Origin: Auanema rhodensis
Taxonomy: Eukaryota; Animalia; Nematoda
Assembly: GCA_964057225.1 (NCBI GenBank)
Contig: OZ059900.1
Span: 25,544,001 to 25,608,000, forward strand
Direction: 5' to 3'
Length of the DNA: 64,000 nt
Both the position numbers and the translations under genes were made by a program. The notes under the pieces were generated by a model. The model was not told the origin of the DNA and ran no database searches. It saw only the letters and a list, made by a program, of their open reading frames with translations. This document shows, piece by piece, positions 24,801-38,984 of the stretch (position 1 is the stretch's first letter; each line of letters opens with the position of its first letter).

Positions 24801-27800
24801 TTTTGTATTTTTCTAGTGTTCAGCATGTAAAATGCTTCATTTTAGTATGTAACACGCTGAAATTCGTTGCATTTGACGACTCATATGAACAAAAATCGAT
24901 TTAATCAATATTAGCCATAAGGGGCGTGCCCTCAGAATATGCTAATTTCCTTAATTTTCTAACCCCTGTTTTTTTGTCGTGAAAGTGGAACTAGACGTTG
25001 TACGAACAATTTTGAGCTAGGTTTCATTGACATTGCATGAGTTTGAACACATGAAATCGTAAGTCAAAACCTTGTTTACAGCGAAATTTCCAAAAACTGG
25101 TTTTCCAGCATAATAAAATATTTCTCATGGGAAATACTGTGTTTTTGTATTTTTCTAAAGTTCAGCATGTAAAATGCTTCATTTTAGTATGTAACACGCT
25201 GAAATTCGTTGCATTTGACGACTCATATGAACAAAAATCGATTTAATCAATATTAGCCATAAGGGGCGTGCCCTCAGAATATGCTAATTTCCTTAATTTT
25301 CTAACCCCTGTTTTTTTGTCGTGAAAGTGGAACTAGACGTTGTACGAACAATTTTGAGCTAGGTTTCATTGACATTGCATGAGTTTGAACACATGAAATC
25401 GTAAGTCAAAACCTTGTTTACAGCGAAATTTCCAAAAACTGGTTTTCCAGCATAATAAAATATTTCTCATGGGAAATACTGTGTTTTTGTATTTTTCTAG
25501 TGTTCAGCATGTAAAATGCTTCATTTTAGTATGTAACACGCTGAAATTCGTTGCATTTGACGACTCATATGAACAAAAATCGATTTAATCAATATTAGCC
25601 ATAAGGGGCGTGCCCTCAGAATATGCTAATTTCCTTAATTTTCTAACCCCTGTTTTTTTGTCGTGAAAGTGGAACTAGACGTTGTACGAACAATTTTGAG
25701 CTAGGTTTCATTGACATTGCATGAGTTTGAACACATGAAATCGTAAGTCAAAACCTTGTTTACAGCGAAATTTCTAAAAACTGGTTTTCCAGCATAATAA
25801 AATATTTCTCAAGGGAAAAACTGTGTTTTTATATTTTTCTAGTGTTCAGCATGTGAAATGCTTTATTTTAGTATGTAACACGCTGAAATTCGTTGCATTT
25901 GACGACTCATATGAACAAAAATCGATTTAATCAATATTAGCCATAAGGGGCGTGCCCTCAGAATATGCTAATTTCCTTAATTTTCTAACCCCTGTTTTTT
26001 TGTCGTGAAAGTGGAACTAGACGTTGTACGAACAATTTTGAGCTAGGTTTCATTGACATTGCATGAGTTTGAACACATGAAATCGTAAGTCAAAACCTTG
26101 TTTACAGCGAAATTTCCAAAAACTGGTTTTCCAGCATAATAAAATATTTCTCATGGGAAATACTGTGTTTTTGTATTTTTCTAGTGTTCAGCATGTAAAA
26201 TGCTTCATTTTAGTATGTAACACGCTGAAATTCGTTGCATTTGACGACTCATATGAACAAAAATCGATTTAATCAATATTAGCCATAAGGGGCGTGCCCT
26301 CAGAATATGCTAATTTCCTTAATTTTCTAACCCCTGTTTTTTTGTCGTGAAAGTGGAACTAGACGTTGTACGAACAATTTTGAGCTAGGTTTCATTGACA
26401 TTGCATGAGTTTGAACACATGAAATCGTAAGTCAAAACCTTGTTTACAGCGAAATTTCCAAAAACTGGTTTTCCAGCATAATAAAATATTTCTCATGGGA
26501 AAAACTGTGTTTTTGTATTTTTCTAGTGTTCAGCATGTAAAATGCTTCATTTTAGTATGTAACACGCTGAAATTCGTTGCATTTGACGACTCATATGAAC
26601 AAAAATCGATTTAATCAATATTAGCCATAAGGGGTGTGCCCTCAGAATATGCTAATTTCCTTAATTTTCTAACCCCTGTTTTTTTGTCGTGAAAGTGGAA
26701 CTAGACGTTGTACGAACAATTTTGAGCTAGGTTTCATTGACATTGCATGAGTTTGAACACATGAAATCGTAAGTCAAAACCTTGTTTACAGCGAAATTTC
26801 CAAAAACTGGTTTTCCAGCATAATAAAATATTTCTCATGGGAAATACTGTGTTTTTGTATTTTTCTAGTGTTCAGCATGTAAAATGCTTCATTTTAGTAT
26901 GTAACACGCTGAAATTCGTTGCATTTGACGACTCATATGAACAAAAATCGATTTAATCAATATTAGCCATAAGGGGCGTGCCCTCAGAATATGCTAATTT
27001 CCTTAATTTTCTAACCCCTGTTTTTTTGTCGTGAAAGTGGAACTAGACGTTGTACGAACAATTTTGAGCTAGGTTTCATTGACATTGCATGAGTTTGAAC
27101 ACATGAAATCGTAAGTCAAAACCTTGTTTACAGCGAAATTTCCAAAAACTGGTTTTCCAGCATAATAAAATATTTCTCATGGGAAATACTGTGTTTTTGT
27201 ATTTTTCTAGTGTTCAGCATGTAAAATGCTTCATTTTAGTATGTAACACGCTGAAATTCGTTGCATTTGACGACTCATATGAACAAAAATCGATGTAATC
27301 AATATTAGCCAAAGGGGCGTGCCCTCAGAATATGCTAATTTCCTTAATTTTCTAACCCCTGTTTTTTTGTCGTGAAAGTGGAACTAGACGTTGTACGAAC
27401 AATTTTGAGCTAGGTTTCATTGACATTGCATCAGTTTGAACACATGAAATCGTAAGTCAAAACCTTGTTTACAGCGAAATTTCCAAAAACTGGTTTTCCA
27501 GCATAATAAAATATTTCTCATGGGAAATACTGTGTTTTTGTATTTTTCTAGTGTTCAGCATGTAAAATGCTTCATTTTAGTATGTAACACGCTGAAATTC
27601 GTTGCATTTGACGACTCATATGAACAAAAATCGATTTAATCAATATTAGCCATAAGGGGCGTGCCCTCAGAATATGCTAATTTCCTTAATTTTCTAACCC
27701 CTGTTTTTTTGTCGTGAAAGTGGAACTAGACGTTGTACGAACAATTTTGAGCTAGGTTTCATTGACATTGCATGAGTTTGAACACATGAAATCGTAAGTC

Positions 27801-30800
27801 AAAACCTTGTTTACAGCGAAATTTCCAAAAACTGGTTTTCCAGCATAATACAATATTTCTCATGGGAAATACTGTGTTTTTGTATTTTTCTAGTGTTCAG
27901 CATGTAAAATGCTTCATTTTAGTATGTAACACGCTGAAATTCGTTGCATTTGACGACTCATATGAACAAAAATCGATTTAATCAATATTAGCCATAAGGG
28001 GCGTGCCCTCAGAATATGCAAATTTCCTTAATTTTCTAACCCCTGTTTTTTTGTCGTGAAAGTGGAACTAGACGTTGTACGAACAATTTTGAGCTAGGTT
28101 TCATTGACATTGCATGAGTTTGAACACATGAAATCGTAAGTCAAAACCTTGTTTACAGCGAAATTTCCAAAAACTGGTTTTCCAGCATAATAAAATATTT
28201 CTCATGGGAAATACTGTGTTTTTGTATTTTTCTAGTGTTCAGTATGTAAAATGCTTCATTTTAGTATGTAACACGCTGAAATTCGTTGCATTTGACGACT
28301 CATATGAACAAAAATCGATGTAATCAATATTAGCCATAAGGGGCGTGCCCTCAGAATATGCTAATTTCCTTAATTTTCTAACCCCTGTTTTTTAGTCGTG
28401 AAAGTGGAACTAGACGTTGTACGAACAATTTTGAGCTAGGTTTCATTGACATTGCATCAGTTTGAACACATGAAATCGTAAGTCAAAACCTTGTTTACAG
28501 CGAAATTTCCAAAAACTGGTTTTCCAGCATAATAAAATATTTCTCATGGGAAATACTGTGTTTTTGTATTTTTCTAGTGTTCAGCATGTAAAATGCTTCA
28601 TTTTAGTATGTAACACGCTGAAATTCGTTGCATTTGACGACTCATATGAACAAAAATCGATTTAATCAATATTAGCCATAAGGGGCGTGCCCTCAGAATA
28701 TGCTAATTTCCTTAATTTTCTAACCCCTGTTTTTTTGTCGTGAAAGTGGAACTAGACGTTGTACGAACAATTTTGAGCTAGGTTTCATTGACATTGCATG
28801 AGTTTGAACACATGAAATCGTAAGTCAAAACCTTGTTTACAGCGAAATTTCCAAAAACTGGTTTTCCAGCATAATAAAATATTTCTCATGGGAAATACTG
28901 TGTTTTTGTATTTTTCTAAAGTTCAGCATGTAAAATGCTTCATTTTAGTATGTAACACGCTGAAATTCGTTGCATTTGACGACTCATATGAACAAAAATC
29001 GATTTAATCAATATTAGCCATAAGGGGCGTGCCCTCAGAATATGCAAATTTCCTTAATTTTCTAACCCCTGTTTTTTTGTCGTGAAAGTGGAACTAGACG
29101 TTGTACGAACAATTTTGAGCTAGGTTTCATTGACATTGCATGAGTTTGAACACATGAAATCGTAAGTCAAAACCTTGTTTACAGCGAAATTTCCAAAAAC
29201 TGGTTTTCCAGCATAATAAAATATTTCTCATGGGAAATACTGTGTTTTTGTATTTTTCTAGTGTTCAGCATGTAAAATGCTTCATTTTAGTATGTAACAC
29301 GCTGAAATTCGTTGCATTTGACGACTCATATGAACAAAAATCGATTTAATCAATATTAGCCATAAGGGGCGTGCCCTCAGAATATGCTAATTTCCTTAAT
29401 TTTCTAACCCCTGTTTTTTTGTCGTGAAAGTGGAACTAGACGTTGTACGAACAATTTTGAGCTAGGTTTCATTGACATTGCATGAGTTTGAACACATGAA
29501 ATCGTAAGTCAAAACCTTGTTTACAGCGAAATTTCCAAAAACTGGTTTTCCAGCATAATAAAATATTTCTCATGGGAAATACTGTGTTTTTGTATTTTTC
29601 TAGTGTTCAGCATGTAAAATGCTTCATTTTAGTATGTAACACGCTGAAATTCGTTGCATTTGACGACTCATATGAACAAAAATCGATTTAATCAATATTA
29701 GCCATAAGGGGCGTGCCCTCAGAATATGCTAATTTCCTTAATTTTCTAACCCCTGTTTTTTTGTTGTGAAAGTGGAACTAGACGTTGTACGAACAATTTT
29801 GAGCTAGGTTTCATTGACATTGCATGAGTTTGAACACATGAAATCGTAAGTCAAAACCTTGTTTACAGCGAAATTTCCAAAAACTGGTTTTCCAGCATAA
29901 TAAAATATTTCTCATGGGAAATACTGTGTTTTTGTATTTTTCTAGTGTTCAGCATGTAAAATGCTTCATTTTAGTATGTAACACGCTGAAATTCGTTGCA
30001 TTTGACGACTCATATGAACAAAAATCGATGTAATCAATATTAGCCAAAGGGGCGTGCCCTCAGAATATGCTAATTTCCTTAATTTTCTAACCCCTGTTTT
30101 TTTGTCGTGAAAGTGGAACTAGACGTTGTACGAACAATTTTGAGCTAGGTTTCATTGACATTGCATCAGTTTGAACACATGAAATCGTAAGTCAAAACCT
30201 TGTTTACAGCGAAATTTCCAAAAACTGGTTTTCCAGCATAATAAAATATTTCTCATGGGAAATACTGTGTTTTTGTATTTTTCTAGTGTTCAGCATGTAA
30301 AATGCTTCATTTTAGTATGTAACACGCTGAAATTCGTTGCATTTGACGACTCATATGAACAAAAATCGATTTAATCAATATTAGCCATAAGGGGCGTGCC
30401 CTCAGAATATGCTAATTTCCTTAATTTTCTAACCCCTGTTTTTTTGTCGTGAAAGTGGAACTAGACGTTGTACGAACAATTTTGAGCTAGGTTTCATTGA
30501 CATTGCATGAGTTTGAACACATGAAATCGTAAGTCAAAACCTTGTTTACAGCGAAATTTCCAAAAACTGGTTTTCCAGCATAATACAATATTTCTCATGG
30601 GAAATACTGTGTTTTTGTATTTTTCTAGTGTTCAGCATGTAAAATGCTTCATTTTAGTATGTAACACGCTGAAATTCGTTGCATTTGACGACTCATATGA
30701 ACAAAAATCGATTTAATCAATATTAGCCATAAGGGGCGTGCCCTCAGAATATGCAAATTTCCTTAATTTTCTAACCCCTGTTTTTTTGTCGTGAAAGTGG

Positions 30801-32486
30801 AACTAGACGTTGTACGAACAATTTTGAGCTAGGTTTCATTGACATTGCATGAGTTTGAACACATGAAATCGTAAGTCAAAACCTTGTTTACAGCGAAATT
30901 TCCAAAAACTGGTTTTCCAGCATAATAAAATATTTCTCATGGGAAATACTGTGTTTTTGTATTTTTCTAGTGTTCAGTATGTAAAATGCTTCATTTTAGT
31001 ATGTAACACGCTGAAATTCGTTGCATTTGACGACTCATATGAACAAAAATCGATGTAATCAATATTAGCCATAAGGGGCGTGCCCTCAGAATATGCTAAT
31101 TTCCTTAATTTTCTAACCCCTGTTTTTTAGTCGTGAAAGTGGAACTAGACGTTGTACGAACAATTTTGAGCTAGGTTTCATTGACATTGCATCAGTTTGA
31201 ACACATGAAATCGTAAGTCAAAACCTTGTTTACAGCGAAATTTCCAAAAACTGGTTTTCCAGCATAATAAAATATTTCTCATGGGAAATACTGTGTTTTT
31301 GTATTTTTCTAGTGTTCAGCATGTAAAATGCTTCATTTTAGTATGTAACACGCTGAAATTCGTTGCATTTGACGACTCATATGAACAAAAATCGATTTAA
31401 TCAATATTAGCCATAAGGGGCGTGCCCTCAGAATATGCTAATTTCCTTAATTTTCTAACCCCTGTTTTTTTGTCGTGAAAGTGGAACTAGACGTTGTACG
31501 AACAATTTTGAGCTAGGTTTCATTGACATTGCATGAGTTTGAACACATGAAATCGTAAGTCAAAACCTTGTTTACAGCGAAATTTCCAAAAACTGGTTTT
31601 CCAGCATAATAAAATATTTCTCATGGGAAATACTGTGTTTTTGTATTTTTCTAAAGTTCAGCATGTAAAATGCTTCATTTTAGTATGTAACACGCTGAAA
31701 TTCGTTGCATTTGACGACTCATATGAACAAAAATCGATTTAATCAATATTAGCCATAAGGGGCGTGCCCTCAGAATATGCAAATTTCCTTAATTTTCTAA
31801 CCCCTGTTTTTTTGTCGTGAAAGTGGAACTAGACGTTGTACGAACAATTTTGAGCTAGGTTTCATTGACATTGCATGAGTTTGAACACATGAAATCGTAA
31901 GTCAAAACCTTGTTTACAGCGAAATTTCCAAAAACTGGTTTTCCAGCATAATAAAATATTTCTCATGGGAAATACTGTGTTTTTGTATTTTTCTAGTGTT
32001 CAGCATGTAAAATGCTTCATTTTAGTATGTAACACGCTGAAATTCGTTGCATTTGACGACTCATATGAACAAAAATCGATTTAATCAATATTAGCCATAA
32101 GGGGCGTGCCCTCAGAATATGCTAATTTCCTTAATTTTCTAACCCCTGTTTTTTTGTCGTGAAAGTGGAACTAGACGTTGTACGAACAATTTTGAGCTAG
32201 GTTTCATTGACATTGCATGAGTTTGAACACATGAAATCGTAAGTCAAAACCTTGTTTACAGCGAAATTTCCAAAAACTGGTTTTCCAGCATAATAAAATA
32301 TTTCTCATGGGAAATACTGTGTTTTTGTATTTTTCTAGTGTTCAGCATGTAAAATGCTTCATTTTAGTATGTAACACGCTGAAATTCGTTGCATTTGACG
32401 ACTCATATGAACAAAAATCGATTTAATCAATATTAGCCATAACGGGCGTGCCCTCAGAATATGCTAATTTCCTTAATTTTCTAACC
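18811..32486. repeat. Two copies of a 20-monomer HOR (6838 bp), each made of a 4-monomer leader plus two 8-monomer units (2735 bp)
   Basis: The leader marker (ttctaaaa/caagg/gctttatt) lies at 18973 and 25811, a difference of 6838. The 1-bp-deletion monomer 'gatgtaa..gccaaagggg' lies at 20341, 23076, 27179 and 29914 (differences 2735, 4103, 2735). Confidence 0.9.
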
Positions 32487-35400
32487 CCTGTTTTTTTGTT
32501 GTGAAAGTGGAACTAGACGTTGTACGAACAATTTTGAGCTAGGTTTCATTGACATTGCATGAGTTTGAACAAATGAAATCGTAAGTCAAAACCTTGTTTA
32601 CAGCGAAATTTCCAAAAACTGGTTTTCCAGCATAATAAAATATTTCTCATGGGAAATACTGTGTTTTTGTATTTTTCTAGTGTTCAGCATGTAAAATGCT
32701 TCATTTTAGTATGTAACACGCTGAAATTCGTTGCATTTGACGACTCATATGAACAAAAATCGATTTAATCAATATTAGCCATAAGGGGCGTGCCCTCAGA
32801 ATATGCTAATTTCCTTAATTTTCTAACCCCTGTTTTTTTGTCGTGAAAGTGGAACTAGACGTTGTACGAACAATTTTGAGCTAGGTTTCATTGACATTGC
32901 ATGAGTTTGAACACATGAAATCGTAAGTCAAAACCTTGTTTACAGCGAAATTTCCAAAAACTGGTTTTCCAGCATAATAAAATATTTCTCATGGGAAATA
33001 CTGTGTTTTTGTATTTTTCTAGTGTTCAGCATGTAAAATGCTTCATTTTAGTATGTAACACGCTGAAATTCGTTGCATTTGACGACTCATATGAACAAAA
33101 ATCGATTTAATCAATATTAGCCATAACGGGCGTGCCCTCAGAATATGCTAATTTCCTTAATTTTCTAACCCCTGTTTTTTTGTTGTGAAAGTGGAACTAG
33201 ACGTTGTACGAACAATTTTGAGCTAGGTTTCATTGACATTGCATGAGTTTGAACAAATGAAATCGTAAGTCAAAACCTTGTTTACAGCGAAATTTCCAAA
33301 AACTGGTTTTCCAGCATAATAAAATATTTCTCATGGGAAATACTGTGTTTTTGTATTTTTCTAGTGTTCAGCATGTAAAATGCTTCATTTTAGTATGTAA
33401 CACGCTGAAATTCGTTGCATTTGACGACTCATATGAACAAAAATCGATTTAATCAATATTAGCCATAAGGGGCGTGCCCTCAGAATATGCTAATTTCCTT
33501 AATTTTCTAACCCCTGTTTTTTTGTCGTGAAAGTGGAACTAGACGTTGTACGAACAATTTTGAGCTAGGTTTCATTGACATTGCATGAGTTTGAACACAT
33601 GAAATCGTAAGTCAAAACCTTGTTTACAGCGAAATTTCCAAAAACTGGTTTTCCAGCATAATAAAATATTTCTCATGGGAAATACTGTGTTTTTGTATTT
33701 TTCTAGTGTTCAGCATGTAAAATGCTTCATTTTAGTATGTAACACGCTGAAATTCGTTGCATTTGACGACTCATATGAACAAAAATTGATTTAATCAATA
33801 TTAGCCATAAGGGGCGTGCCCTCAGAATATGCTAATTTCCTTAATTTTCTAACCCCTGTTTTTTTGTCGTGAAAGTGGAACTAGACGTTGTACGAACAAT
33901 TTTGAGCTAGGTTTCATTGACATTGCATGAGTTTGAACACATGAAATCGTAAGTCAAAACCTTGTTTACAGCGAAATTTCCAAAAACTGGTTTTCCAGCA
34001 TAATAAAATATTTCTCATGGGAAATACTGTGTTTTTGTATTTTTCTAGTGTTCAGCATGTAAAATGCTTCATTTTAGTACGTAACACGCTGAAATTCGTT
34101 GCATTTGACGACTCATATGAACAAAAATCGATTTAATCAATATTAGCCATAAGGGGCGTGCCCTCAGAATATGCTAATTTCCTTAATTTTCTAACCCCTG
34201 TTTTTTTGTCGTGAAAGTGGAACTAGACGTTTTACGAACAATTTTGAGCTAGGTTTCATTGACATTGCATGAGTTTGAACACATGAAATCGTAAGTCAAA
34301 ACCTTGTTTACAGCGAAATTTCCAAAAACTGGTTTTCCAGCATAATAAAATATTTCTCATGGGAAATACTGTGTTTTTGTATTTTTCTAGTGTTCAGCAT
34401 GTAAAATGCTTCATTTTAGTATGTAACACGCTGAAATTCGTTGCATTTGACGACTCATATGAACAAAAATCGATTTAATCAATATTAGCCATGAGGGGCG
34501 TGCCCTCAGAATATGCTAATTTCCTTAATTTTCTAACCCCTGCTTTTTTGTCGTGAAAGTGGAACTAGACGTTTTACGAACAATTTTGAGCTAGGTTTCA
34601 TTGACATTGCATGAGTTTGAACACATGAAATCGTAAGTCAAAACCTTGTTTACAGCGAAATTTCCAAAAACTGGTTTTCCAGCATAATAAAATATTTCTC
34701 ATGGGAAATACTGTGTTTTTGTATTTTTCTAGTGTTCAGCATGTAAAATGCTTCATTTTAGTATGTAACACGCTGAAATTCGTTGCATTTGACGACTCAT
34801 ATGACCAAAAATCGATTTAATCAATATTAGCCATAAGGGGCGTGCCCTCAGAATATGCTAATTTCCTTAATTTTCTAACCCCTGTTTTTTTGTCGTGAAA
34901 GTGGAACTAGACGTTGTACGAACAATTTTGAGCTAGGTTTCATTGACATTGCATGAGTTTGAACACATGAAATCGTAAGTCAAAACCTTGTTTACAGCGA
35001 AATTTCCAAAAACTGGTTTTCCAGCATAATAAAATATTTCTCATGGGAAATACTGTGTTTTTGTATTTTTCTAGTGTTCAGCATGTAAAATGCTTCATTT
35101 TAGTATGTAACACGCTGAAATTCGTTGCATTTGACGACTCATATGAACAAAAATCGATTTAATCAATATTAGCCATAAGGGGCGTGCCCTCAGAATATGC
35201 TAATTTCCTTAATTTTCTAACCCCTGTTTTTTTGTCGTGAAAGTGGAACTAGACGTTGTACGAACAATTTTGAGCTAGGTTTCATTGACATTGCATGAGT
35301 TTGAACACATGAAATCGTAAGTCAAAACCTTGTTTACAGCGAAATTTCCAAAAACTGGTTTTCCAGCATAATAAAAAATTTCTCATGGGAAATACTGTGT

Positions 35401-38400
35401 TTTTGTATTTTTCTAGTGTTCAGCATGTAAAATGCTTCATTTTAGTATGTAACACGCTGAAATTCGTTGCATTTGACGACTCATATGAACAAAAATTGAT
35501 TTAATCAATATTAGCCATAAGGGGCGTGCCCTCAGAATATGCTAATTTCCTTAATTTTCTAACCCCTGTTTTTTTGTCGTGAAAGTGGAACTAGACGTTG
35601 TACGAACAATTTTGAGCTAGGTTTCATTGACATTGCATGAGTTTGAACACATGAAATCGTAAGTCAAAACCTTGTTTACAGCGAAATTTCCAAAAACTGG
35701 TTTTCCAGCATAATAAAATATTTCTCATGGGAAATACTGTGTTTTTGTATTTTTCTAGTGTTCAGCATGTAAAATGCTTCATTTTAGTACGTAACACGCT
35801 GAAATTCGTTGCATTTGACGACTCATATGAACAAAAATCGATTTAATCAATATTAGCCATAAGGGGCGTGCCCTTAGAATATGCTAATTTCCTTAATTTT
35901 CTAACCCCTGTTTTTTTGTCGTGAAAGTGGAACTAGACGTTTTACGAACAATTTTGAGCTAGGTTTCATTGACATTGCATGAGTTTGAACACATGAAATC
36001 GTAAGTCAAAACCTTGTTTACAGCGAAATTTCCAAAAACTGGTTTTCCAGCATAATAAAATATTTCTCATGGGAAATACTGTGTTTTTGTATTTTTCTAG
36101 TGTTCAGCATGTAAAATGCTTCATTTTAGTATGTAACACGCTGAAATTCGTTGCATTTGACGACTCATATGAACAAAAATCGATTTAATCAATATTAGCC
36201 ATGAGGGGCGTGCCCTCAGAATATGCTAATTTCCTTAATTTTCTAACCCCTGCTTTTTTGTCGTGAAAGTGGAACTAGACGTTTTACGAACAATTTTGAG
36301 CTAGGTTTCATTGACATTGCATGAGTTTGAACACATGAAATCGTAAGTCAAAACCTTGTTTACAGCGAAATTTCCAAAAACTGGTTTTCCAGCATAATAA
36401 AATATTTCTCATGGGAAATACTGTGTTTTTGTATTTTTCTAGTGTTCAGCATGTAAAATGCTTCATTTTAGTATGTAACACGCTGAAATTCGTTGCATTT
36501 GACGACTCATATGAACAAAAATCGATTTAATCAATATTAGCCATAAGGGGCGTGCCCTCAGAATATGCTAATTTCCTTAATTTTCTAACCCCTGTTTTTT
36601 TGTCGTGAAAGTGGAACTAGACGTTGTACGAACAATTTTGAGCTAGGTTTCATTGACATTGCATGAGTTTGAACACATGAAATCGTAAGTCAAAACCTTG
36701 TTTACAGCGAAATTTCCAAAAACTGGTTTTCCAGCATAATAAAATATTTCTCATGGGAAATACTGTGTTTTTGTATTTTTCTAGTGTTCAGCATGTAAAA
36801 TGCTTCATTTTAGTATGTAACACGCTGAAATTCGTTGCATTTGACGACTCATATGAACAAAAATCGATTTAATCAATATTAGCCATAACGGGCGTGCCCT
36901 CAGAATATGCTAATTTCCTTAATTTTCTAACCCCTGTTTTTTTGTTGTGAAAGTGGAACTAGACGTTGTACGAACAATTTTGAGCTAGGTTTCATTGACA
37001 TTGCATGAGTTTGAACAAATGAAATCGTAAGTCAAAACCTTGTTTACAGCGAAATTTCCAAAAACTGGTTTTCCAGCATAATAAAATATTTCTCATGGGA
37101 AATACTGTGTTTTTGTATTTTTCTAGTGTTCAGCATGTAAAATGCTTCATTTTAGTATGTAACACGCTGAAATTCGTTGCATTTGACGACTCATATGAAC
37201 AAAAATCGATTTAATCAATATTAGCCATAAGGGGCGTGCCCTCAGAATATGCTAATTTCCTTAATTTTCTAACCCCTGTTTTTTTGTCGTGAAAGTGGAA
37301 CTAGACGTTGTACGAACAATTTTGAGCTAGGTTTCATTGACATTGCATGAGTTTGAACACATGAAATCGTAAGTCAAAACCTTGTTTACAGCGAAATTTC
37401 CAAAAACTGGTTTTCCAGCATAATAAAATATTTCTCATGGGAAATACTGTGTTTTTGTATTTTTCTAGTGTTCAGCATGTAAAATGCTTCATTTTAGTAT
37501 GTAACACGCTGAAATTCGTTGCATTTGACGACTCATATGACCAAAAATCGATTTAATCAATATTAGCCATAAGGGGCGTGCCCTCAGAATATGCTAATTT
37601 CCTTAATTTTCTAACCCCTGTTTTTTTGTCGTGAAAGTGGAACTAGACGTTGTACGAACAATTTTGAGCTAGGTTTCATTGACATTGCATGAGTTTGAAC
37701 ACATGAAATCGTAAGTCAAAACCTTGTTTACAGCGAAATTTCCAAAAACTGGTTTTCCAGCATAATAAAATATTTCTCATGGGAAATACTGTGTTTTTGT
37801 ATTTTTCTAGTGTTCAGCATGTAAAATGCTTCATTTTAGTATGTAACACGCTGAAATTCGTTGCATTTGACGACTCATATGAACAAAAATCGATTTAATC
37901 AATATTAGCCATAAGGGGCGTGCCCTCAGAATATGCTAATTTCCTTAATTTTCTAACCCCTGTTTTTTTGTCGTGAAAGTGGAACTAGACGTTGTACGAA
38001 CAATTTTGAGCTAGGTTTCATTGACATTGCATGAGTTTGAACACATGAAATCGTAAGTCAAAACCTTGTTTACAGCGAAATTTCCAAAAACTGGTTTTCC
38101 AGCATAATAAAATATTTCTCATGGGAAATACTGTGTTTTTGTATTTTTCTAGTGTTCAGCATGTAAAATGCTTCATTTTAGTACGTAACACGCTGAAATT
38201 CGTTGCATTTGACGACTCATATGAACAAAAATCGATTTAATCAATATTAGCCATGAGGGGCGTGCCCTCAGAATATGCTAATTTCCTTAATTTTCTAACC
38301 CCTGCTTTTTTGTCGTGAAAGTGGAACTAGACGTTTTACGAACAATTTTGAGCTAGGTTTCATTGACATTGCATGAGTTTGAACACATGAAATCGTAAGT

Positions 38401-38984
38401 CAAAACCTTGTTTACAGCGAAATTTCCAAAAACTGGTTTTCCAGCATAATAAAATATTTCTCATGGGAAATACTGTGTTTTTGTATTTTTCTAGTGTTCA
38501 GCATGTAAAATGCTTCATTTTAGTATGTAACACGCTGAAATTCGTTGCATTTGACGACTCATATGAACAAAAATCGATTTAATCAATATTAGCCATAAGG
38601 GGCGTGCCCTCAGAATATGCTAATTTCCTTAATTTTCTAACCCCTGTTTTTTTGTCGTGAAAGTGGAACTAGACGTTGTACGAACAATTTTGAGCTAGGT
38701 TTCATTGACATTGCATGAGTTTGAACACATGAAATCGTAAGTCAAAACCTTGTTTACAGCGAAATTTCCAAAAACTGGTTTTCCAGCATAATAAAATATT
38801 TCTCATGGGAAATACTGTGTTTTTGTATTTTTCTAGTGTTCAGCATGTAAAATGCTTCATTTTAGTATGTAACACGCTGAAATTCGTTGCATTTGACGAC
38901 TCATATGAACAAAAATCGATTTAATCAATATTAGCCATAACGGGCGTGCCCTCAGAATATGCTAATTTCCTTAATTTTCTAACC
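32145..38984. repeat. Patchwork of short 2- to 6-monomer duplications within the homogeneous core
   Basis: The marker set taacggg+gttgtg+aacaaatg occurs 4 times, atgagg+ctgcttt+ttttacg 3 times, aaattgatt twice and tgaccaaa twice, recurring at 684, 1710 and 2052 bp spacings. Confidence 0.8.

Larger units (their letters stand above)
18127..38984. repeat. Homogeneous core sub-domain (monomers 54-114); most monomers are at or within 1-3 SNPs of consensus
   Basis: Haplotypes A, B, D, E and G are absent. Every monomer keeps the TAA at monomer positions 280-282, which is why the ORF track is empty from 18.1 to 39.1 kb. Confidence 0.88.
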
